Shown piece by piece: positions 10,853 to 22,010 of a stretch of 56,565 nt of DNA. Source of the DNA: Prorocentrum cordatum (Eukaryota). The notes below the pieces were generated by a model that ran no database searches, was not told the origin of the DNA, and worked only from the letters and a program-made list of their open reading frames with translations. The position numbers and the translations under genes were made by a program. Numbering within the stretch: position 1 is the first letter of the stretch; every line of letters begins with the position of its first letter. The stretch covers positions 62,001 to 118,565 of the forward strand of contig CAUYUJ010000085.1 in the NCBI GenBank assembly GCA_963575745.1, read 5' to 3'.

Positions 10853-11693
10853 GCTTCATGGCGGAGGGCATCGGGAGGGCTCGTTCCTCGCGCCTTGGCA
10901 AGTGCGGCCTCACGGGCCAGATGTGCGGCCGCGACGGACTGCAGCAGCAGGCAAACACAGAGGTTCTGCTCCACGATCCCGACGTCCGACGGAGCTCAGC
11001 ACGTAGGCTGGAAACGCTCCCCCTCCTCCTCCGCCGCCTCCTCCTCCTCCTCCGCCTCCTCCTCCTCCGCCTCCTCCTCCTCCTCCTCCTCCCAGAGGTG
11101 GGGCGGCGCGCGTCTGACGCGATACGTTCTTCAGAACGTGGGCGCACACGCTGAGCTGGCACGCAACGTGTTGCCACTGACGCATGGAGCATTCCACGGG
11201 CGTAGCCAGACGGCTGAGGGCCTGCGATCATGTGAACGCCCTAGCGGTGACCCCCCCTGCATGTGCTGGTGAACCAGGGCGGCGCTGGTGAACCCGCCGC
11301 CGCAGGGCGGAGGCCGACGCATACCTTCCCCCCTCCCCCCTGCGCGCCGCGAGGGAGATCACGACGGAGGGCTCTCGGCGACACGCTATGCCTTGCGAGT
11401 GGGTAGCGTGTCGCTGCGCTCCGCGTGCGGGAGGTGGGAAAGGCTCGCGACGTTGACGCCTGGGGACTGGGACATGGATAGCGTGCCGCGCCGCAACGTT
11501 GTGGGCCAGAACCGCCGGAGCGACACGCCAAGCCAACGTTGCTGACCGTAGCGCCTTCGATAATGTGAATGTCACCGCCGAGCTTGAAAGTCGATGTCCC
11601 GCTGCTGCTAGTACTGCCCATGCGTCCTGTCTGTGCCACCACGCGGCCGAGGGCGCGGCCAATCTTTGCTCCGGCACTCTCGGCTGCAAGCAA

Positions 11694-11852
11694 GGAGTGG
11701 CCCTGGGTAGGATTGACCTTTGGTGCGCGGCTTGCGGAGGGCAGCAAGGGGACCAAACACACCCGCGCAAGACGCTACTGTCGCACTGCACTCGGCGATC
11801 GGGAGACCCCAGTGCGCCCGCACCAAAGGTCACTCCGGCGAAGGGTCACTCC
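11694..11852. mobile_element. ~160 bp MITE, family A copy 1
   Basis: TIRs ggagtggccct...tgacctttggtgcg / cgcaccaaaggtca...agggtcactcc; homologous to 38000-38160. Confidence 0.75.
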
Positions 11853-12364
11853 TACATGTAGTCGACACTCTGGGAAGTAGAGCAGATTCTCGGAAGCCCT
11901 CTCGTGCCGTCAGGGCCCCATCCCTCTTGGAGGCCCCCTCCCTGGTGAACCCCCCGGGAGAGGCGAGCACATCGAAGATGGGGCGCCGAGACGTGGGGCC
12001 TCGCGGGCGGGGAGGCCCCGAACAGCGCAAGCTCAGCCTGGAAACCCTCTCCTCCTCCTCCTTCTACAATTACTCAGTATGAATACTACTCTCCCTCTTC
12101 CCCCGATGGCGGCCTGAAAGTATTCGACCCCCCCCCCCCGCGTACTGTTTTTTAAACACAGGATTCCCGGGAGTTGGGTTTTCGCCTGCGTTTTTTTCAA
12201 AATGCTGCTCTCGCTGAGGCGCCGGCTTCATTTCTGCTCCCGCATCGTTCCGAATCGTGCTCCCGCTGCAGCGTGGGCCTCATTTTCGGATCGGTGTTTG
12301 GCCTCCGTCGTTCAGGATGGCGTTCTCGCCCCAGCGCGGGCCTCTTTCTCGCGCGCCCATCCGC

Positions 12365-12790
12365 CCGCCACCACCGCGCCCCACCACCACCAGCACCAGC
12401 ATCAGCACCACCACCACCACAACCACCACCAGCACCACCACCAGCACCACCACCAGCACTAGCACCACCACCACCACCACCACCACCACCACCACCACCA
12501 CCACCCACGCACACACGCACGCACGCACGCACGCGCACCACCACCCACTACGCACGCGCGCGCGGAGCCACAGGTCCGCTACGACACGCGTCCGCGGATA
12601 GAGAAAATCAGCGCCATGGTAAGGGATGGGAGGGAGGGGTAGGACGTCAGATATGACGCGAGCGCACCTAGCTTGCCCTTTCCCCCTCCCCCTCCCCCTC
12701 CTCCTCCTCCTCCTCCTCCTCCTCCGCCTCCTCCTCCTCCTCCTCCTCCTCCTCCTCCTCCTCCTCCTCCTCCTCCTCCTCCTCCTACGG
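12365..12790. repeat. (CAC)n and (CCT)n microsatellites
   Basis: Direct reading. Confidence 0.9.
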
Positions 12791-13069
12791 CAACGGTGGT
12801 GGCGAGAACTGCCCATCGCTTCTGAGCCCGTTCGGCGTCCGAGCGCCGACCTGGCCACAGCATCAAGCCCACCTGGCCGCGGCCCTCGGCGGGCGGCCCT
12901 GCGAGGCGGGCTCGGACACCGCGCGGGCCCAGCAGGGGCCCTCGCCGAGATCCGAACCTGAGGGGGCCCAGGGACACACGAGCACATAGGCACACATCCC
13001 TGGATCCCCCAGATTCCCCCCCCTTGGTTCTGGACTTCCGCTTCCCATGTATAAGTTTACACACAACTA

Positions 13070-13225
13070 TAAGTGTGTTTATATACATATATATATATAT
13101 ATGTATGTGTATATGTGTATATATACACATCTATATATGTATATATATGTATATATATATATATATGTATGTGTTTTTCCCACATGTTCCTGGGGATCGC
13201 CGTGTGTATATATATAGGTGTGTGT
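13070..13225. repeat. TA/TG-rich microsatellite
   Basis: Direct reading. Confidence 0.9.
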
Positions 13226-13743
13226 AATCCCACACGGTCCTGGGGATCGCCGTTTACTTTTGCCTGTGTCTCTTGTTCACTCCTGACTCCTGACTCGCCA
13301 AAAATCACGGCCGCAGCCCTATAGATCCCATCTTATTCTGCGCCATGTGGAGCCGGATCGATCTGTGAGGGCCCCCCGGGCCCGGAATCAGGCGACATCG
13401 CCCGTCGTCACAAAAATGCCGCGCCCAGGTCTCGAGGTCATGTCGGCGGCGAGCGAGGGAGGGAAATGAGAAGGAGAAAGCCTTCTCAGAAGGCGGCGGG
13501 ACTTTTCAGAAGCCCTCGCGCCTTCTGAGAAGTTTCTCGTCTCTTCGGGGAAGGCTTCGAAAACTTCTCAGCAGGCCCAGGGACTTCTGAGAAGGCCAGC
13601 CCCTTCTCACGTCCCGCCCTCGCTCGCCGCCGACTGCGGGGCGCCAAGGGGGATTCACGATGCAGTACATCGATGCGGACATGTGTTTTCCGGGCATTCG
13701 CGAGCAAGCACTTTGCGAGTAATGGAACGCGCTCGGTGAGTTA

Positions 13744-13957
13744 TTTGGACGCCCAAGACGGGTACGGAAGGAATTTGTACAATGCCCAACAGAACATGTT
13801 GTCCAAAATCGACAGCGGCCGCTGTTGGGCGGGCGGCATTTTGTCTTCAATGGACAACGTCCGCGGCGGCGCGGACGGCGAGTCCTGTTCAAAATGAACA
13901 GGAACTGCTGTTGGGCATCGTACCCCTTCTTTCCGTACCCATGTCGATCGTCCCGAA
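13744..13957. mobile_element. ~215 bp MITE, family B copy 1
   Basis: TIRs gggtacggaa..gtacaatgcccaaca / tgttgggcatcgtac..ttccgtaccc; second copy at 55745-55958. Confidence 0.75.
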
Positions 13958-14032
13958 GTCTTGGGGTGCCCAGCGGGCCGGCGGCGGGGGGGCGGCGCCA
14001 TCGGCCGCGCCCGGAAGAAGAAAAAAGGGCAC

Positions 14033-14192
14033 AAACTGAAACTCTTGGCGCTCCGCGCGGATTTCTGGGATCTGCACTGGACCTCCCGCCCCTGGCGCGC
14101 GGAGCGCGCCAAGGGGGCGGCGCCGGAGGCGCCGCCAGGGGGCGCGCAGCGCAGATCCAAGAAATCCGCGCGGAGCGTCAAAAGTGTAGGTT
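14033..14192. mobile_element. Short foldback element, family C
   Basis: gctccgcgcggatttctgggatctgc / gcagatccaagaaatccgcgcggagc; related arms at ~39420-39450 and 48863-48945. Confidence 0.65.
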
Positions 14193-14759
14193 TATACCGA
14201 TTTGTCTTCCTCGAGAGGGGGGGCGGCGCCATCGAACGAGGCTGGCCAGCGACAGTCGCCAAGGACGGGCCGAAGGGGCGAGGAGGCAAGGGCACCCTGG
14301 GGAAGGTTGCCCCTCCTTACTGCGCGGGTTGACTGTATGAGTGCCCAGCGGGCCGGCGGCGGGGGGGCGGCGCCGTCGGCCGCGCCGTCGCCAGCGGCGG
14401 CCACGCCCGGCGCGGCAGCGCCCGCGGCCTCGCCAGCGCCGGCCTCGCTGGCTGCGACCTCGGCGGCGGCGGCGCAGTTGATGTGGACCTTGAAGGACGG
14501 GGTCCAGGCGCCCTGCTGGGGGGGAAGCGCGGCGAGGGCGTCGACGACTCCAGAGTCGAAGCGTGAGGGACCCTGCATGAGGAACGGGGCCCCTTCCCTC
14601 TACAGGCTCAACGTCGATGCTCCCTGGCAAGCTTGAGGGGCACCTGAGCATAGCTGTGCGAAACACTGGAGGAACACTCTGGGCCTCCCCCCAGCGAAGA
14701 GGGCTCCTCCTTCCGCGGCGGCGACTGCACGAGAACAGCGAGGGGTGAGGATCGGGAAC

Positions 14760-15609
14760 GAGGAGGGGGAGGCGGAAGGAGGGCTACGACGGCCACGACG
14801 GCCACCACGGCCACGACGACGGCGAGGACGGGCGAGGACAACGACGACCACGACAATGGCAACAACGAGAGGAGAACGGCGACGACGACAACGACGGTGA
14901 CCACGACGAAGACGACGACGACGACGGCGACGACGGCAACGTCGATGGCGACGGCAGCGGCGGCGGATGCGACGGCGGACGACGCCGGCGGCGACGACGA
15001 CGACGACGACGCAGGCGAAGTCGACGGCGACGGCGGCTGCGACGGAGGAGGAGGACGTCGACGACGACAATGACGACGACGAAGACGACGACGACGACGA
15101 CAACGACGACGACGACGGCGACGACGGCGACTGTGACGGCGACGGCGATGACGACGAGCGACCAGTGACGAGTCATGGGTCCCTGGTGGCCCCCGAGGAC
15201 CTCCTGAAGCCCCCCTGGGGACTTCCACTGGCCCGAAAGGAGCCAGCAAAAGGACGACGGCGACGGCGACAACAACGAGGACAGCGACGGCGACGACAAC
15301 AAAGCCGACGACGGCGACGGTGATACGGGGACAGCGACGAAGACGAAACCGACAACGACGACGACGGTGGCAGCGACGATAAGAACAACGTTCACCATAA
15401 ATCTGATCCAACTGCCTGGCAAGTCCCGCCACCATGCCAGCCAAGCGTTATGGGCGGCGACTGTTCGAGGGGGAGAGGGAGGTCGACACGTATGAGACCC
15501 GTGTCTCCAGGCTTATCAGAGCCGTGAACAAGATGATGAGTAAGAGGATGGTGGGGAGATAAACGTTGACTGCCGTCGCTGATAATGATGGTGATGATGC
15601 TGATGCTGT

Positions 15610-15644
<35 letters not shown>

Positions 15645-16016
15645 GTGGTGATGATGCTGCTGATGCTGGTGAGGGTGAGGATTGTGATGATTATAATGAT
15701 GATGGTGGTGATGATGACGCTGACGATGACGATGATGGCGATGAAGATGATGGTGATGATGACGATGATGCTGATGATGATGATAATGGTGGTGGTGACG
15801 ATGGGTATGCTGACGGTGACGATGCCGAGAGAAAGCCGATGGTGGTGATGATGGTGATGATGGTTATGGTGGCGATGATGGTGATGATGGCGATGATGGT
15901 GGTGATGGTGATGGTGCTGATGGTGATGGTGATGATGGTGGTGGTGATAATGATGGTGATGATGATGGTGATGATGATGACGACGATGATGATGGTGGCG
16001 GTTATGATGATGAGGC

Positions 16017-16050
<34 letters not shown>

Positions 16051-16054
16051 CATT

Positions 16055-16120
<66 letters not shown>

Positions 16121-16200
16121 GTCACCACCACCACCATCATCATCATACTCATCATCATTGCCAGCATCATCATCAGCAACATCATCATCAGCATCATCAT
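14760..16200. repeat. (GAC)n, (GAT)n and (CAT)n microsatellite block
   Basis: Direct reading. Confidence 0.95.
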
Positions 16201-16700
16201 GGTGTGGGAAGTCTTGGGGCTGTCTGGGCCTCATGTGAGGCAGTCTTGAGGGTCCCTTGGGGGCGTCTTGGAGCCCTCTTGGCCGTGTGATGGGTGTCTG
16301 AGGGCCGTCGTGTGCCCGTCTTCGCGCCGTCTTGGGCCGTCCAAAGGCCTTCTTCTAAGGCCGTCTCAGGTCCAACGGGAGGCCCTCTTGAGCCGTCTTG
16401 GAGCCGTGTTGGATGTATATTGGGCTATCTTAGAGTCCTCGTGGGCCGCCTTGAGCTGACGGCAGCCCGACAAGGAGAGAATGCGACAAAAACCATAGGG
16501 GGATCAATGACTTTGGCTTCTCAGGACCCCGTTGGAGGTCCTCTTGTGGCCGGTTTGGGCCCTCTTGAAGGCATCTTGGACCGTCTTGAAGCAATTTTTC
16601 GACCGCCTTGGGGCCATCTTGGGCCGCCTGTGAGGCATCGTGGGCCATCTTGGTGTCCTTGGTTGCCTGCCCGGGCCGTCTTGGAAACTCGGAATGCATA
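16200..16700 (-). repeat. CCAAGA-rich degenerate repeat body (reverse orientation)
   Basis: Repeated tcttgg/ggccgtcttg, the complement of bodies at 22200-22830, 24750-26350 and 35465-36010. Confidence 0.7.
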
Positions 16701-17139
16701 CCCTTCGCGTTACCCAACCCTCCTGTCTTGGGTTTCATTTTGAACAGGGCACCGTGGTCTCCACCTCTCCCGCCTCCCCTCTCCTCCCTGCCTCCCTCCT
16801 CCTGCCGCCTGCGTCCGACTTTATCCCCGACCCTCCCGCACCTCTCCTCTCTCGTCTCCTCCTCTTCGTCCGCCTTCCTCCTCCTCCTCCTCCTCCTCCT
16901 CCTCCTCCTCCGCCTCCTCCTCCTCCTCCTCCTCCTCCTCCTGACCTCTCTTCCTCCTCCTCCTCCTCCTCCTCCCCCTCCTCCTGCTCCTCCTCCCCCT
17001 CCTCCTGCTCCTGCTTCTCCTCCTCCTTCTCCTCCCCCTCCTCCTCCTCCTGTTCCTCCTCCGGCTCCTCCCCGTCATGCTCCTTCTCCTCCTCCTCCTC
17101 CTCCTTCTCCTCCTCCTCCTAATCCTCCTCCTTGCTTCC

Positions 17140-17390
17140 CCTGGGCCTGCGAAGGGCGCAACCGTCGCCACCTCCGTGGGCTCCTGGGAGGTCCAGCGGA
17201 GTGGAAGAGTACGCAGACCCAGCTGGGACCTCGCAATTCCACGGGGGCTGCGAAGTGCGCAACTGTCGCCATTTACGCGGGCTGCTGAGAGGCCCAGTGT
17301 AGTGGAGGAGTACGCAGACCCAGCCAGGACCTCGCAGCTCCCTGAGGGGTTTCCCTGAGGGGCTGCGAAGGGCGCAACTGTCGCCACATG
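17140..17390. repeat. ~105 bp imperfect tandem repeat (about 2.3 units)
   Basis: ctgcgaagggcgcaac(c/t)gtcgcca x3; gagtacgcagacccagc x2. Confidence 0.8.
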
Positions 17391-17955
17391 TGTTTCCACT
17401 TTTAAGTGCTGTTCATACGGCGCCCTTTTGACTGCACTTGTTTGTTTGCTTGTGTTTTTTCCAGGTCGTGGCCGCAAAGTTCAGGCCCACACCTGGGAAA
17501 CAGTCCATGGCTCAACTCCAGGCTCAGAAACACGCCTACGGGAACAGCGAAGGAGAGTCGCACACTCATGGCAAGCAGCCGTACGACTAGCGCTTGCCAA
17601 TCACACACGGCGTCACCATGCACAGTCACAGGAAACACACTGCCCAAGCACTCGCCGTCATCTTACAACTGGCGAGCAAGCAAGTGTGCGCGGCAGACCG
17701 TGGGACTGGCGCCTGCTGATGCTGGCCGCAGCGGCTGGGTGCCTGGCGAGCGGCAGACACACCCCACAAAAAGACAGTGCAAGCGCAGGGGGGCAGGGCT
17801 GAGAGGCTGACAGCCGAATGCGCCGTTGAAAACTGAATTCGTCGATATCGTCCTCCTCCGCCACAACACGCACCCATCCCACAAGCTCCTTCTTCCTCTC
17901 AGGAGACTGCTCCTCCTGCCTGGTGGCGTACCCCGAAGAGCGAGAGGCGCACGAG

Positions 17956-18887
17956 TCATGCATGAATGACACTCAGATCTGGGTTTGGATGAATCTGTCT
18001 CTCGCGCTGGTCTTGCTTATGCTTGTTATACAGCTGGAAGAACGCGTCGATGACATTGATGGCCAAGATCAACGCAAACACCAGAGCAAATGCCCCATCC
18101 GAAGGCCTTGCTGCTGCAATGACTACCATGATCGAAAGAACGAACATATACATCCATTTCAGATACTCGCGGAACTTCCACCAAGTGACCCACGGGTGCA
18201 GGGGGTAGACGTCGTCATCCTTCACGTCTCGAAACGACGCTTCCAGACGAGACGGAAGTCTGGGAGTATCTTTGTCCCGTCTTGTCCAGAGCCATGCGGA
18301 GCTCTCATTGTTGTACTCCAAGAGTTTAGCATGAGCCACCCCGATAGCAGGGAAGTTAGTCAATGCCAGTGCCAAGACCTTGCCTGTGGCTATTTGGACA
18401 TTCTCTGGATGCGCAGCTATCTGATTCCCTGGACTCCAAACGATACAACGCAATCTCTGCAAATACGCTGCACGACTAAGTCCATACGAGTGCACTCCAA
18501 ATGTCGCGGGTATAACTGATACGATCAATCCGATGCGCTGACAGGATGAACCCCACTCGCCTCCGAGACCAACACCATCCATATACCTCGCAACCTCGTC
18601 TATGCACTCACTAGCTCCCCTCAATTCGCTGATATCTTCTTCGATGGTTTCCGATATATCAGCCCTCATGCTCCTCCCGACCGGCTGAGGTACAAGAATC
18701 AATACACCCTGCAAAAATATCGGCAGTGTTCTGAGTACCATGTCATTCAGCTTTTGGACATACGTGGCCAACGAACGGTCTCTAACACCTTCCTTTGTCA
18801 ACCTGGACATCGATATAAACATTCCTAGGTCGTAGTGGACACCCGATACGATGAAAAAGAAAGCCGAACTCATTACATAAAATGCAT
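17956..18887 (-). CDS. C-terminal part of CUB-domain multipass membrane protein (separated from its N-terminal part by insertion)
   Basis: Non-repetitive ORF with hydrophobic helices, composition matching 36600-37700; joins in frame to ...RLMSY across AAT/ATAA junctions. Confidence 0.75.
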
Positions 18888-19113
18888 AATCCGCCGGCCC
18901 CATTGTGGGGCCATCAGGCTGCGAGGATTAGGCTGCAGCGCCCTGCGCCAATTTCAGTTGCCATTCTCCAATGGTACACTCCTGCTTCCTGTTTCCGACT
19001 GTAAGTTGTTCAAGTCCGCGTGAGGGGGGGGAGCCGAAAACCACCCCGTTGCCACCCCCAAATCGCGTTGCCTGAATTCCTGGGGGGCCGTGGGACACAT
19101 AAAAATACATGAG

Positions 19114-19644
19114 ATTCGCGCTCCCGAGGCAATAATCCCTGGTAGACTCTGACACCTCGCGGCCGGCCCCGTCCAGGTCCAGGGGAGGGGGTAGGGGGAG
19201 GGGTAAACCCCTTCCCGAAAGGGAAGAAGGGCGGTGGAAGAGGAAACGCTCTAGACTACCAACGCCCAGAGGGCTGGTGTGATTACGCTGTGCTCGCGCC
19301 CCCGAGGTCACGATCCTTTGCAAGTTACTCCACATTCTCTCCCCCGAAACCACGACCCCTTGCAACATACACCGTCTCCGCGTCCCCGAGGCCACGATCT
19401 CCCACAAATAACCCTACATTCGCGCCTCTGGGGGCCACGAGAATTACGCGACATTCGCTCTCCCGACGCCACGATCCTTCGTAAATTACTCCACGCTCGC
19501 GTCCCCGAGGCCACGATCCCTCGCAAATTGCGCTGCGTTCGCGTCCCCTTGTAAAACAAGCCATATTCGCACCCCCGAGGCCACGATCTTCCGCAATTTA
19601 CATAATTAACTGTCGCGCCTCTGGGGCCACGATCCATAGTAAAT
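19114..19644. repeat. ~42 bp degenerate tandem array, left part
   Basis: Units tcgcg(t/c)ccccgaggccacgatcc...aaatt; interrupted by a short reverse-orientation element end at ~19150-19281. Confidence 0.85.
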
Positions 19645-19814
19645 CCCACCAGCCCTCTGGGCGTTGGTGGTCTAGAGCGTTTCCTCTTCCACCTCCCTTC
19701 TTCCTTTTTTCGGGAAAGGGTTTAACACTGTTCCCTACTAATCAAAGTGAGGGGGCCGAACGGCCATTCACTGTCCTTGGGTGCGTGGCTGAAGTGGGTT
19801 TCCGCGGTGCGGAT

Positions 19815-19875
19815 TCTTGTTGTTGTTGGTTGTTGTTGTTGTTTGTTGTTGTTGTTGTTGTTGGTGGTGTTGTCG

Positions 19876-19912
<37 letters not shown>

Positions 19913-20760
19913 GGTTGTGGTTGTTGTTGTTGTCGTGTTCCTGTTGTTGTTGTTGTTGTTGTGTTGCCGTCGTCCCACCCGCAACCCGCCCTGCGACCCA
20001 CCCCGGGACCCACCCCGCGACCCACCCCGCGACCCATCCGCGACCCGCCCGCGACCCACCCCGCGACCCACCCCGCGACCCACCCCGCGACCCATCCCGC
20101 GACCCACCCGCGACCCACCCGCGACCCACCCGCGATCCACCCCGCGACCCACCCCGCGACCCACCCCGCGACCCACCCCCCGCGACCCACCCGCGACCCA
20201 CCCGCGACCCACCCCGCGACCCGCCCGCGGCCCACCCCGCGACCCACCCGCGACCCACCCGCGACCCACCCGCGACCCACCCGCAACCCACCCGCGACCC
20301 ACCCCGCGACCCACCCGCGACCCACCTTCGACCCAAACCACGTTCAAGGTACAAACCACCATTTTCGGCGCCTGCGGCGGGTTTTTTTCTTGCACTCCTT
20401 CCAGGTGGAGAGCCCGCGACCCACCCCACGACCAACCCGCGACCCAAACCACGTTCACGGTACAAAACACATTTTTCGGCGCCTGCGGTGGGCATCTTTT
20501 GCATTCGTTTAGGGTGGAGAGCCCGCGGCCCACCCGCGACCACGTTCAGGGCACAAACCAAATTATTCGGCGCATGCGGCGGGCATCTTTTGCATTCGTT
20601 CCCGGTGGAGAATCCGCGGCCCACCCGCGATCCAAACCGCGTTCAGTGTACAAACCCATTCTTTTGGCGCCTGCGGCGGGTTGCTTTTGCATTCTTCCAG
20701 GTGGAGGTGGAGAGCCCGCGACCCACCCGCGACCCAAACCACGTTCACTGAACAAACCAA
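19815..20760. repeat. (GTT)n, 11-12 bp CGCGACCCACCC minisatellite and ~100 bp x4 repeat
   Basis: Direct reading; aaaccacgttca...ttcggcgcctgcggcggg...ggtggagagcccgcg repeated four times. Confidence 0.9.
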
Positions 20761-21599
20761 TGCCGCACAAGCGCGGCGGCGGATTGTTGCATGCCGTCTG
20801 AGCCCGCTACGACCTCTTCAAGCCCCGCGCATCCTTACCAGCCCGTCCAGCAACTTTGCCCTGGCGAGTTGCCTTGATAAGAGAAGTCGGGGAGCACAAA
20901 GTGGACAAAAGGATTATGTTGCCGTTATATTGGGAAAGGAGGGGGCGGCAAGAGGAAAAAAACAGGGGACGAGGAGGACGCGGAAGAAGAGAGGATGCAA
21001 GGATAATGTGGAAAAATATGAGGAAAAGGAGCAGGAGGACGAGGAGGGGGAGGAAGGGGAGGAGGGGGAGGAGGAGGAGGACGAGGAGGGGGAGGAGGGG
21101 GAGGAGGGGGACGAGGATGATGATGGACGAGAATGGGAGGACGACGGTCGACGCCGATGAGGGGGAGGACGACCATGGGAGGACGATGATGGAAGGACGA
21201 GGGGGGGAGAGGGAGGACGAGGAAGAAAAGGAGGAGGACGACGAGGTCGAGGAGGAGGATGACGATGACGATGAGGACGAGGACGAGGACGAGGAGGAGG
21301 AGGAAAGCGCCATCGACAAGGAAGGTAATTAGGGGCCACGAGGTCCGCCGGCTCGACGACGCCCGCGTCGCCCGCGCCCGCCCCCTCACTCTTATCCGCA
21401 ATTGCGGGGTGCTACGTAAACACCCCCTCCCCCAAGCGACTGGTAGCCAACCAGGAACCATGAGGACACCCTCCCACCATCCCTCCAAACAAAAACCATA
21501 CAACACACACACACTCTGCCTCCAAATTCGGAGCATGGGCAGCCAACCCGAGGCGGCCTCCCCCCTCCATCCCTGACAACAACCTGTACAGATTACACT

Positions 21600-21901
21600 T
21601 GGCGGCGACGGCGGCTGCGGCGGTTGCGGCGGCGGCGGCGGCTGCGGCGGCTGCGGCGGCGGCGGCGGCGGCGGTGGCGACGCCGGCGGCGGGGGCGGCG
21701 GCGGCGGCGGCGGCGGCGGCGGCTGCGGCGGCGGCGCGGCGGCGGCGCGGCGGCGGTGGCGGCGGCGGCGGCGGTGGCGGTGGCGGCAGCGGCTGCGGCG
21801 GCAGCGGCTGTGGCTGCGGCGGCGGCGATTTGGCAGCGGGGGCGGCGGCAGCGGAGGCGGCGGCGGCGGCGGGCGGCGCGGCGGCGGCGGCGGCGGCGGC
21901 G

Positions 21902-21971
<70 letters not shown>

Positions 21972-21974
21972 GCA

Positions 21975-22008
<34 letters not shown>

Positions 22009-22010
22009 AT
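21600..22010. repeat. (GGC)n microsatellite
   Basis: Direct reading. Confidence 0.95.

Larger units (their letters stand above)
6047..11020 (-). mobile_element. Tyrosine-recombinase retrotransposon (DIRS/Ngaro/PAT-like), 5'-truncated, MTase-bearing
   Basis: gag C-terminal remnant (LCVC...EAA.. / REERAL, ~10800-11000), RT, RNase H, YR, MTase-like domain, then split direct repeats. Confidence 0.9.

Noticed and set aside
11100..11690. Possible coding fragment upstream of the YR element
   Set aside because: No recognisable motifs in any frame.
14600..16250. Long poly-D/H/M/I ORFs
   Set aside because: Translations of trinucleotide microsatellites that are open in several frames.
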